From: Spirochaetota bacterium
Lineage (GTDB): Bacteria > Spirochaetota > UBA4802 > JAFGDQ01
Reading direction: 5' to 3'
Assembly (NCBI GenBank): GCA_016934735.1
Contig: JAFGSG010000063.1
Location: 33,361 to 97,360, forward strand
DNA: 64,000 nucleotides
The translations under genes and the position numbers were made by a program. Below the pieces are notes generated by a model. That model was not told where the DNA came from. It did no database searches and worked only from the letters and a program-made list of their open reading frames with translations. Shown piece after piece: positions 18,306 to 26,839 of this stretch; the stretch's first letter is position 1, and each line of letters begins with the position of its first letter.

Positions 18306-20951
18306 CTACTCCCCTTCCCCGTATTCTTCATTCATTTCAAATTCATTGCTGGATAACACCGATGTTTTTATTGCCGATATTGTCCGGTAAACATCCCGGG
18401 GGTTCATTTTTTTCCCGTGTACATTCAATATATGATCATCTATTGATATTCCGAAAAGCCTTTCATTCTCCTTTAAATAGGGTAAAATCAATTCCCAGTC
18501 ACGGTTGGTAAAAGGCGATATTATTCCGCCGTTCAGTTGTTCATCGACAATTTTTTTAAACGGGTCGCGAACAAAAATCGCCCCGCCGGATGCGAGAGAA
18601 AACAGGTTCGAGCCCGGATAAGGGACATCCTGCGGTATTACGTTTCCGTCTTTATCAAACGCAAGCCCGTTAAGTATCACAAACCCGCCGCCATTGTACG
18701 GGTCTCCCGCCATAAATGATTCCGCGAGAAAATCGAGCGCGGTGCCGTTTATGACAACTCTGGGCTTCCCGACTGCATTAATAAGCGGACGTCCGGCAGC
18801 ATTGCCGAGAACATACACTTCACCGCCCTTTGCTCCGTACATAAATGTCTGTCCGACATCGCCGTAAATAACAAGTTTGCCCGACATCATAATCTGGCCA
18901 AGCTGGTCCTGTGCGTGTCCATGAACATGTACTTCAAGCCCGTCGATCCCTGATGCCAGATAGTCACCGCTGGAGCCGTACGAATCAATGCGCACACCGT
19001 TTGAATCTGATCCCAGGCCGCAGCCGAGAAAGCGCTGGCCGCGCTGGCCAAAGCAGATAAATTTCTTCCAGCCCAGGCTGTTTGCTCTTGATATTATCCC
19101 GGCAAATGAATTATCCCCTTCGGGATCGAATCCGTTCGCGTCCGCCACCAGAATTTTTTCGTCTTTTAATGGTGCGCGGAGCTTATTGCGCGAAGCAAAA
19201 TCTATTCTGCTGAAAATTCCTGATGGAATGCCGTTCATAACCGGTACAGATCTGTAAATAGTATCCAGTGCTTCAGATAGTATCTGCAGAACGGAGCGAT
19301 GACTTTTCTGCCCTGTGTCGTAACGCCTGTCAAAAAGCAATGTTAAAAGCTGTATTGCGGATTCTTTGACGGAATCGGATTTAGAAATCTCAATAAGCAT
19401 ATTGATATATGCTGCGATCTGAATATAATCCCATTTTAAAAAAGCATCCTTTGTAATTTCGAACAGCTTTTCAATATTGCCTTCTTTAAGAAGTTCTCCG
19501 GTTTCGGATTGTACGGAACTTTCGACTTTCACCGGGGAACATTCTTTTGTAAAATCGTTCGGCCTTTTATTTTTAGGCACATCTATGACGCGGCCGAACT
19601 TGTCTGTGCAATTGAGGCTCATTTTTCCCGGTGATGTTTCAGAGACAGTAAAAATAAAAGCGCCTCCGTCCGTATAGCTGCCCCCGCGCGCGTTCCAGTA
19701 ATTATCCGCGACGATCCCGAACCTTTTATCTTCTTTAGCCAGGCTTTCAAGGGTTGCGTCAATGGCCTGCTTTTCAGAACAGATAAGGCCGATTTCCACT
19801 TCGCCCTTCTGCAGGGCAAACACCTGAGGCCTTAGCATAGCCGTATCGGTGATGCCGATAAGCTGATACTGGCTGTTTTTCACATCTGTACGCGCGATGA
19901 TAAAAAACCAGGGGCCGTCCGGCGAGCCGTGTATATGAGTGTTCTGTATCTGGCGGTATATCTGCTTTTTCTCATCAGGCAGGTTGTCGAAATCCATTTC
20001 GCTTGTCGGCGCAAAAGCTTCAATAATATATTCAAGAGGATAGCCGTATATCCTGTTCAAAAGATCAAAGACCAGGATGGACACTTCGGTATCGGTTAGG
20101 AATAACGGGAACACATTCCGCTGTTTAAGATATTCGGATATGGAATAATAGTTAGCGAAATCCCCGTTATGGACGAGCGCTTCATCAAGGCCTATGAACG
20201 GGTGCGCGCCTCCCGGATGCCACATACGGCCCTTTGTCGGATAGCGCTGGTGGGCTATCCATATATGAGCGTCGAAATTCTCAAGTTTGTAATACTGCGC
20301 GACCTGTTCCGCGTAACCCACGATCTTGAGTATCATCATATTCCTGCCGTGGGAGAGTATAAAGGCTTTCTTATCCGTTATCGCACTGTACATCGCGTAA
20401 TTCAGCTTATAGGAATTCTGATAAATGAATTCTTCCTCCGTCCTGTCCATGCCGAGCATTTCCAGGCGGCGCTCTTTTCTGAAGGCCGAAAGCACTTCAG
20501 GTTTAACGCGCACAAAATACCTTTTTACCTGCGGAGGCTTAACTTCCAGGCCTTTTATATCCCGGTAATCGTCAATTGTCTCAACATAAGCCTCATGATC
20601 CACCCTGAAAAACGGCTTTATATACCTTGACTCCATTTCTCCGGTAAATGATTCATCAAGAATGGCTACCTGCAGCAAAAAATCTTCATCAAGCGTTTTA
20701 CGGTCAACTCCAAGCTTCCCGGGGCTCAGTCCTACCGCGGCCAGCCCGCCGCCTTTGCCGTTGCCCCTGTTATGCATCTGAATGGAAGGCTCAAAAATAT
20801 GCTTTCCGCTTACGGGGATATTACACGCAAACCCGGTAACCCCGCAGCCACCCTCCCCGGTTTCAAGTTCTTCTCTGCTGACTTTCTCCGCTGAATAGGG
20901 CAGTTCCTTTCGGCTTCTTAATATTTCGCGTGCGAAATTACGATTACTCAT
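18306..20951 (-). CDS. Fusion protein: class-II (Ntn) glutamine amidotransferase domain plus glutamate-synthase GXGXG domain. Equivalent to archaeal-type GltS domains 1+3.
   Basis: N-terminal region GGCGVTGF...HNGDFANYY is GATase-2-like. C-terminal QRGQRFLGCGLGSDSNGVRIDSYGSSGDYLASG...GGEVYVLGNAAGRP carries the GXGXG repeats. RBS gaggt upstream of the start. Confidence 0.75.
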   Translation of the reverse strand: MSNRNFAREILRSRKELPYSAEKVSREELETGEGGCGVTGFACNIPVSGKHIFEPSIQMHNRGNGKGGGLAAVGLSPGKLGVDRKTLDEDFLLQVAILDESFTGEMESRYIKPFFRVDHEAYVETIDDYRDIKGLEVKPPQVKRYFVRVKPEVLSAFRKERRLEMLGMDRTEEEFIYQNSYKLNYAMYSAITDKKAFILSHGRNMMILKIVGYAEQVAQYYKLENFDAHIWIAHQRYPTKGRMWHPGGAHPFIGLDEALVHNGDFANYYSISEYLKQRNVFPLFLTDTEVSILVFDLLNRIYGYPLEYIIEAFAPTSEMDFDNLPDEKKQIYRQIQNTHIHGSPDGPWFFIIARTDVKNSQYQLIGITDTAMLRPQVFALQKGEVEIGLICSEKQAIDATLESLAKEDKRFGIVADNYWNARGGSYTDGGAFIFTVSETSPGKMSLNCTDKFGRVIDVPKNKRPNDFTKECSPVKVESSVQSETGELLKEGNIEKLFEITKDAFLKWDYIQIAAYINMLIEISKSDSVKESAIQLLTLLFDRRYDTGQKSHRSVLQILSEALDTIYRSVPVMNGIPSGIFSRIDFASRNKLRAPLKDEKILVADANGFDPEGDNSFAGIISRANSLGWKKFICFGQRGQRFLGCGLGSDSNGVRIDSYGSSGDYLASGIDGLEVHVHGHAQDQLGQIMMSGKLVIYGDVGQTFMYGAKGGEVYVLGNAAGRPLINAVGKPRVVINGTALDFLAESFMAGDPYNGGGFVILNGLAFDKDGNVIPQDVPYPGSNLFSLASGGAIFVRDPFKKIVDEQLNGGIISPFTNRDWELILPYLKENERLFGISIDDHILNVHGKKMNPRDVYRTISAIKTSVLSSNEFEMNEEYGEGE

Positions 20952-21002
20952 GAAAAAACCTCGCTATATAACAGGTATGCGATTCACAAATGTTGTTTAT
21001 AT

Positions 21003-22538
21003 TCACAGTTCCAATATCCCGTTAAGTTTCCGGTTATGTATATGATCAATATGCGCAATAAGGTCCGTGCGCCCCGTGAGCTCAGTCACGCTTTTCATGT
21101 TAAGCCGCTTCAGTATGCGCATGAGCTGCCGCCGCCATGAAATATACATGTTTATGATGCGCTGAGTGCCCCATTCCAGGTTCATCAGATTAGTAAGTTC
21201 TTCGTCAGTCGTCGCTATGCCGCGCGCGCATCCCCTGCCGGATTCGCAGTGATGACAGCGTATGCACTCAAGCGCCACAAGATCGGCAGTGCCTATACAT
21301 ATTCCATCGGCTCCCATTGCTATTGCCTTTGCCATATCATATGCAGACCGTATGCCTCCGCTCGCAATGACTGTTATCTTATTGCGTATTCCTTCGGATG
21401 TAAGGAATTTGTGCACTTTGGGAATCGCGTATTCAATCGGCATCGCGATGTTCTTCTTGGCAATTTCCGGAGCCGCGCCTGTTCCCCCGTAGCTTCCGTC
21501 AAGATGGATGATATGCGCCCCTGCGTAATACGCGCCGACCGCCACCATGTCGACATCTGTCGGAGTGGACACTTTGATCGATACAAGCGTCTTCGGATTT
21601 ACTTCTTTTATCCAGTCCACGTGTTTCTTGTGATCTTCAACTGAATACACGCTGTGAAACGGAAAAGGAGAAAAAAGAGCAGTCCCTGGCACTGCCTGCC
21701 GCATGGCTGCTACACGCGGAGTCACCTTGTCACCCAGCAGGTGTCCGCCGAGGCCCGGTTTTGCTCCCTGTGCGTATTTGAATTCCACAATACGGACTCG
21801 TTTTATAGTTTCTTCCTTAACACCAAAAAGGCCGGTAGCTACCTGCGTGATTATATGATCGCTATATGGTATAAGTTCTTCGGGGAATCCTCCCTCGCCC
21901 GTGCAGCAGAACGTGCCCAGGTTTGTCGCAGCCCTAACACGAGAGAGCATTGTTACTATGCTGACAGAACCGAAAGACATCCCGCCCAGATATACGGGGA
22001 TCGGGATTGTTACTTCAGGCCTTGAGTCCTGTGAGTGGTTCAGATCTATAGCAGTTGAAATCCCGTCCAGGGATTCATTTTTAATATCATCCTCTTCCTT
22101 TTTGCTTTTTTCAGGGAAAAGTATTCCAATTTTATCGAATCCGCCGCCCGAATTGCCTGTTTTATAATTCAGATTAGCCGGCAATTCCCCTGAGGCAGCC
22201 ATATTCCATGTGGACGCAAGCAGTTCCGCGGGCCAGCGGCGGTCGCCAAGTACTTCAAACGAAGGATTTAATCTGAGTGATATTGCCTTTTCCGGGCATT
22301 TATTAACGCAATAATAATCATTTTTTGAGCAATCATATCCGATGCACAGATGATCGGATAAAGCTTTCGGTCTTTTCATTCCGGATTTAAATACAGCGTA
22401 AGGACAGACTTCAATGCATTTCCCGCAATTAGTGCAGGCCTTGTTTATAGTAATGAGATATTTTCCAAGAGCGTTGCGGAACCGGCTTGGCATTTCCTTT
22501 ACTTCAGGGAAAATAAAAGTTACTTTATTACTTGCCAT
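21003..22538 (-). CDS. Archaeal-type glutamate synthase domain-2 protein: N-terminal 2x[4Fe-4S] ferredoxin plus FMN-binding GltS TIM barrel.
   Basis: CTNCGKCIEVCP and CVNKCP cluster motifs. FMN-domain motifs AQGAKPGLGGHLLGDKVT, HLDGSYGGTGAAP and VIASGGIRSAYDMAKAIAMGADG. Confidence 0.8.
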   Translation of the reverse strand: MASNKVTFIFPEVKEMPSRFRNALGKYLITINKACTNCGKCIEVCPYAVFKSGMKRPKALSDHLCIGYDCSKNDYYCVNKCPEKAISLRLNPSFEVLGDRRWPAELLASTWNMAASGELPANLNYKTGNSGGGFDKIGILFPEKSKKEEDDIKNESLDGISTAIDLNHSQDSRPEVTIPIPVYLGGMSFGSVSIVTMLSRVRAATNLGTFCCTGEGGFPEELIPYSDHIITQVATGLFGVKEETIKRVRIVEFKYAQGAKPGLGGHLLGDKVTPRVAAMRQAVPGTALFSPFPFHSVYSVEDHKKHVDWIKEVNPKTLVSIKVSTPTDVDMVAVGAYYAGAHIIHLDGSYGGTGAAPEIAKKNIAMPIEYAIPKVHKFLTSEGIRNKITVIASGGIRSAYDMAKAIAMGADGICIGTADLVALECIRCHHCESGRGCARGIATTDEELTNLMNLEWGTQRIINMYISWRRQLMRILKRLNMKSVTELTGRTDLIAHIDHIHNRKLNGILEL

Positions 22539-23925
22539 TTATTAACCCCTTTATCCCCATTCCGGAAAATATTTCTTTTTCGAGTTCTTCAAAGAACATT
22601 GCCCTGCCCATTTCCCCGCGCATGCGTCTTATTTCCCGTATGCCCATTGCTCCCATCACCTCAAGGAGCTGGTTATGCCAGCCCGAAATAAGATTTCTTA
22701 TACGTGAAGCGCCCCAGGCATAGTCAATATTCTCAAGATCAACCGGACACGAAATCCCCTCTGTGCAGCGCCTGCATACCCTGCATTCCATCGCAACAAG
22801 CAGGGGGATGTCCACGGCGACTGCGTCAGCTCCGCAAATAACGAGTTTTGCCACATGCTCGGCCATTGCTACCCCACCTGATCCAATTAGCGTGACTTCA
22901 TCCCGAAGGCCGGCTTCAATTAAATGGGAATGTATCTGCCTGATCCTGTCCTTTATAAATAAAGGATCTTCGGCCTTTCCCATCCCGTTCTCGTTTGCTG
23001 TTAAATGTATAACTTCAGCTCCTTCCTTTGCGAGGGCGGCCGCCCGGACAGATGCGTTGCGGCTCAATCTGAATCTTATAAATATTACCAGGGCGGGATT
23101 GATTTTTTTTAAATGCTCCTGAATTGCCATTACGTTCCCGCTGTCCGGCAATTCGATGATTTTTAAACGCCGTATCATCTCTTTGCTCAATTTTAATACA
23201 TCATCATCGGCAAACAGTATTATATTTGGAACATATTCATCCATATCCGTCATAAAATCCGCCTGATGGATGACTGCAAAGGTACGTGTATTTCTTGCGG
23301 CTTCAAGAAAGGCAAGGTTGATTCCTTTCCCGCCGGGAGACCATGGTAATACATCAAATATAACCGGCAGCGGTATTTCAACAAGCGGCGGAGGAGACGA
23401 TATAAGTTTTCCGCCGGAATCAAACTCCAGAGACATTAGCTTCCTTCCAAGGTCAACAGTCGTACTGATATATTCGCGCCCATGAATGCCATCCCTTGTG
23501 GGACGTACAATCTCAGACATGTCCGTCCACATTGCGTCGAATCCCGGGCCCGAAAACGGGCCATGGTAGCCGCCCCCTGAAACCGGGACTCGTCCGTTCT
23601 CAGCCTGGTTCCAGATATTTTCAATGATCTCGGGAGTCCAGTAATTATCGCCAAGGGCTTTATACAAAGGATTGATTGATTTCTGTATAAGACGGTTAGG
23701 GCAGTTCTGGACGCATCTGAAGCAATCCATACAAGCCGTATCCAGGGAATCAAGCATTTGGCGCGAATCGAGACTTCTTTTTTCGTATACTTTATAAACG
23801 CAGTCCTTCTTAACGCAGCGCGCGCATTTTAAACAGCCTTCCTCCCATGCTATGATCCCGGCTTTGGTGATTGGCTTAAATCTGGCAGGAGTTGGTGATG
23901 TCAGAATATGATATTTGTGCGCCAC
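22528..23925 (-). CDS. Second, more divergent ferredoxin plus GltS-like FMN-domain paralog. GTG start; overlaps the downstream gene by 11 nt.
   Basis: CLKCARCVKKDC and CMDCFRCVQNCP cluster motifs. C-terminal LIGSGGVAMAEHVAKLVICGADAVAV resembles the GltS FMN-domain motif. Strong RBS aggagg. Confidence 0.65.
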   Translation of the reverse strand: MAHKYHILTSPTPARFKPITKAGIIAWEEGCLKCARCVKKDCVYKVYEKRSLDSRQMLDSLDTACMDCFRCVQNCPNRLIQKSINPLYKALGDNYWTPEIIENIWNQAENGRVPVSGGGYHGPFSGPGFDAMWTDMSEIVRPTRDGIHGREYISTTVDLGRKLMSLEFDSGGKLISSPPPLVEIPLPVIFDVLPWSPGGKGINLAFLEAARNTRTFAVIHQADFMTDMDEYVPNIILFADDDVLKLSKEMIRRLKIIELPDSGNVMAIQEHLKKINPALVIFIRFRLSRNASVRAAALAKEGAEVIHLTANENGMGKAEDPLFIKDRIRQIHSHLIEAGLRDEVTLIGSGGVAMAEHVAKLVICGADAVAVDIPLLVAMECRVCRRCTEGISCPVDLENIDYAWGASRIRNLISGWHNQLLEVMGAMGIREIRRMRGEMGRAMFFEELEKEIFSGMGIKGLINGK

Positions 23926-23935
23926 TTATATCCTC

Positions 23936-24859
23936 CTAATCCACGTCAGGCCTTTGAGCAAGACCTGCTTCTCTTACGATCTCCGGCACTGCATCTTCCC
24001 ATTCAATGGCCATGATATGAACACCATGCACCCCTTCAATTCCTTGTAATTCTTTGATAAGTTCAATGGTAATTTTAATTCCTTCTTTGCGCTGGTCGCC
24101 GGCAGGAACCGATTTCATTCGTTCTATGATCTCCGCAGGCACATCTATGCCTGCTACGTTTTTGCTCATATATTCAGCCATCCGGGCGGATTTGAGCGGG
24201 GTAATACCGCCCAGAATGAATACCTTCTTATGAAGACCGCGCTCCCTGATCTCGACCATCCATTCTTTAAATCGCCCGATATTATAAATGCACTGGGTCT
24301 GTATGAACTCCGCCCCGGCAGCGACTTTCTTGGCCAGACGCGCTGCCCTGTAATTTAATGGATCAGCAAATGGATTCTCAGCGGCACCGATAAAAAGATC
24401 AGGCGGCAGCGTAAGTTTTTCACCTCCGAGTATTACTCCCTGATCTCTCATTTTACGAACCGTCTGGATAAGTTGGATCGAATCTAGGTCGAATACTCCC
24501 TTTGCCTGCGGCTGGTTCCCGAAAGACTGATGATCGCCTGTCAGACAGAGAATATTGCGCAGCCCGAGAGCAGAGGCGCCCAGAATATCCGATTGAAGCG
24601 CAATGCGGTTGCGATCGCGGGTTACCATCTGAAGCACCGGCTCCAGTCCTTCATTTTTCAGCAGCACGCATGAAGCCATGCTGGAAAGCCGGACGACACC
24701 CGTCTGGTTATCTGTCACATTGACGCTGTCCACGAATCCTTTCAGCGTCTTTCCTTTGTCCTGAACGGCCTTCGGGTCTGCTCCTTTCGGCGGGCCGCAC
24801 TCGGATGTCACGGCAAAATGGCCCTTTTCCAGTATTTTTTTTAACCGGCTGCTTGTCAT
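23936..24859 (-). CDS. metF: Methylenetetrahydrofolate reductase. The start is placed at an internal Met that has an RBS and an ATGA overlap with the metV stop. The track ORF extends to 24913.
   Basis: MTHFR TIM-barrel motifs FAVTSECGPPKG, VNVTDNQTG and CLTGDHQS. gagagagg RBS before the Met at 24859. Confidence 0.8.
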   Translation of the reverse strand: MTSSRLKKILEKGHFAVTSECGPPKGADPKAVQDKGKTLKGFVDSVNVTDNQTGVVRLSSMASCVLLKNEGLEPVLQMVTRDRNRIALQSDILGASALGLRNILCLTGDHQSFGNQPQAKGVFDLDSIQLIQTVRKMRDQGVILGGEKLTLPPDLFIGAAENPFADPLNYRAARLAKKVAAGAEFIQTQCIYNIGRFKEWMVEIRERGLHKKVFILGGITPLKSARMAEYMSKNVAGIDVPAEIIERMKSVPAGDQRKEGIKITIELIKELQGIEGVHGVHIMAIEWEDAVPEIVREAGLAQRPDVD

Positions 24860-25521
24860 ATGCTTTGATCCTCTCTCATTATTTTCCTGGGGCCCTTGCC
24901 CATCTTTGACCAATCCACAGGTTCATATATCTTTTCGAGCCTGCCGAGCTCACCCTTTTCTTCCAGCCGCGTAATAATGAGATTCCACGCACATGGCAGT
25001 TCCGGATCTACTTCGCAGTTGCCGTCTTTTGATCCGCCGCAGGGTCCGTTAAAAAGACTCTTTGAGCACCGGGTGACCGGGCAGATTGCCGCGAAATCCC
25101 CCAGCTTGCAATCGCCGCATGCCCTGCAGTTTTCGATCCATAATCCGGGTTCTTTTGTCTGTCCGATAAAAGTTGTATTCAGGGCAGGAAAAATTTTTGC
25201 AACAGGAAAAATTTCGGCAAGAGCCTGAACGCCGGCGCCGCATCCAAGCGAGAGTACTGCTTCATAATTTTCTATGATGCCGGTAAGCTGGTCGATGAAT
25301 TCATAAACGCATTGCCGGTCAATTGTCATTTCCTTTATCTCGATTTCCCGCTTTCTGTTTTTTGCATCAATACGAAGAGCCGAAGCGAGCAGCCCTACTT
25401 CTTTCTCGCCCCCGGATGCGCACTCCGCTACGCATGTACCGCAGCCTACAATTAGGATTTTTTTGAATGGAGCGATCATTCCCCTGATCTCTTCCATGGG
25501 TTTTCTTACGGCAGTAATCAT
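24856..25521 (-). CDS. metV: MetV-type Cys-rich MTHFR-associated subunit (MTHFR_C domain).
   Basis: Multiple Cys motifs: CGTCVAEC, CRACGDCKLGDFAAICPVTRC and CGGSKDGNCEVDPELPC. Lies immediately upstream of metF, as in acetogen metVF operons. Confidence 0.65.
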   Translation of the reverse strand: MITAVRKPMEEIRGMIAPFKKILIVGCGTCVAECASGGEKEVGLLASALRIDAKNRKREIEIKEMTIDRQCVYEFIDQLTGIIENYEAVLSLGCGAGVQALAEIFPVAKIFPALNTTFIGQTKEPGLWIENCRACGDCKLGDFAAICPVTRCSKSLFNGPCGGSKDGNCEVDPELPCAWNLIITRLEEKGELGRLEKIYEPVDWSKMGKGPRKIMREDQSI

Positions 25522-25642
25522 TGCTTTACTCCTCGCAGTGTCTTTTAATAAATCATCTTAACTGATTTTCCCATTCCTAAAAGCATAAACGAATCGATAA
25601 AACAGTTAATTATTATAATATTATAAATAACAGTCAAAGCTT

Positions 25643-26023
25643 TCAGCCAAGTAATTCACGTGTTAGTTTATCAACTGTATAATTATTCCCGGCTTTGAGA
25701 CGGATAAGCTCAAGCATTCCGCGTTCAAGTCCGATTTCTTCGATCAAGTTCTGCGTATATAACAGTCTTTTTCGTGCGCGGATATTACCTTCTCTATAGC
25801 GGCACGCCCCTTCCGGGCATGTGACAACATAAACCTTATCCGCGCCGGATTCAATCGCGCGCATCAGGTGCAGCGGTTCTATCCGTCCGCTGCATGGAAT
25901 CGGAAAAAATCTGATCTGAGGTCCGAATTCTTTTTCAATGGAACGCCGGTTAACATCCTGATTTTTATCTATCTGCTGGCAAAAGAAAATTGCGTATTTT
26001 TTTCCTGCATTCGTTTTCTTCAT
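25643..26023 (-). CDS. mvhD: MvhD/FlpD-like [2Fe-2S] hydrogenase-delta-type electron-transfer protein.
   Basis: PCSGRIEP...GADKVYVVTCPEGACRYREGN signature of the FlpD/MvhD family. 126 aa. Confidence 0.7.
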   Translation of the reverse strand: MKKTNAGKKYAIFFCQQIDKNQDVNRRSIEKEFGPQIRFFPIPCSGRIEPLHLMRAIESGADKVYVVTCPEGACRYREGNIRARKRLLYTQNLIEEIGLERGMLELIRLKAGNNYTVDKLTRELLG

Positions 26024-26839
26024 AAATATACCGTTATAATTATTTCATTTATGTTTAAAAAAAGACGTCCTCAAAGACGCCCGTAGTATATAATAAAATT
26101 ATGCCAATTTTACGGATTCCCTCTGGATCAGCCTCCGGTGATAACGTACTGACCTCCATTCGGCGCCAGTGGAAAATTTTATTTCAAAGCGCTATCACGA
26201 ATCAATTGAAGAACAATCCCGATCCAAACTTCGGGCTATTTCCCATTGAAATAAATTAATATAACACTCTTATTGTATTTATTAAAGTTTAATATTAACA
26301 CAATAAAATAGACTGGTAAACAAAAATATTAAAATACAGAGAGTCTGTTTTCCTTTGTATTATATTATCCAGATCTTTTCAAAATAAACAGATTTACAAC
26401 CGAAAAAACTTTAAAATATTACAGCCATGTTAATTTTTTATTCCGCTATAATACCACCGGTTTTACCGGTTGTTGTTTATTATCTGTTTCAAAATGATTA
26501 ATACGAGCAGGTTATTAACTGGATAAATGTCAAATTATCAGGATTTAAAAAAATAAGGCTGAGTGGCTGCGTAAATGGAATTATTAATGGATATTTATAT
26601 AATAAAATATCCTAAATATAAAAAAATATCTTCTGGAAAAGTATTAAGTTTTTCTGCTCCGTTGGTATCATAATTCTCTTTTCTCTGAATTTTGTTCTTT
26701 TAATATGTGCGTTTATTATTTACAGATGGTAATATCGATAAAATTTTTTGGTAAGTCGAATAAAAAATAAACCCCCGCTAAAAGAGGAGGTTTATTTTTT
26801 ATTTATAATAAGATAGTTTCTCTTATTTTAAAAATTAAT

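Noticed and set aside
25868-26086. 72-aa ORF on the + strand overlapping the mvhD start and leader.
   Set aside because: Low-complexity, no RBS, antisense to the mvhD 5' end; most likely spurious. The surrounding leader is still flagged as a non-coding region of interest.
26100-26240. Possible glutamine or other riboswitch in the mvhD operon leader.
   Set aside because: By eye I could not recover the conserved glnA-RNA or any other riboswitch core. Only short generic hairpins are present. It needs a covariance-model scan, so it is reported as an open region rather than a call.
26761-26810. Terminator-like sequence after gdhA (aaaccccc...gaggaggttt followed by a T-run).
   Set aside because: The candidate stem does not pair well beyond 5 bp. 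The T/A-rich context alone is insufficient, so it is left uncalled.
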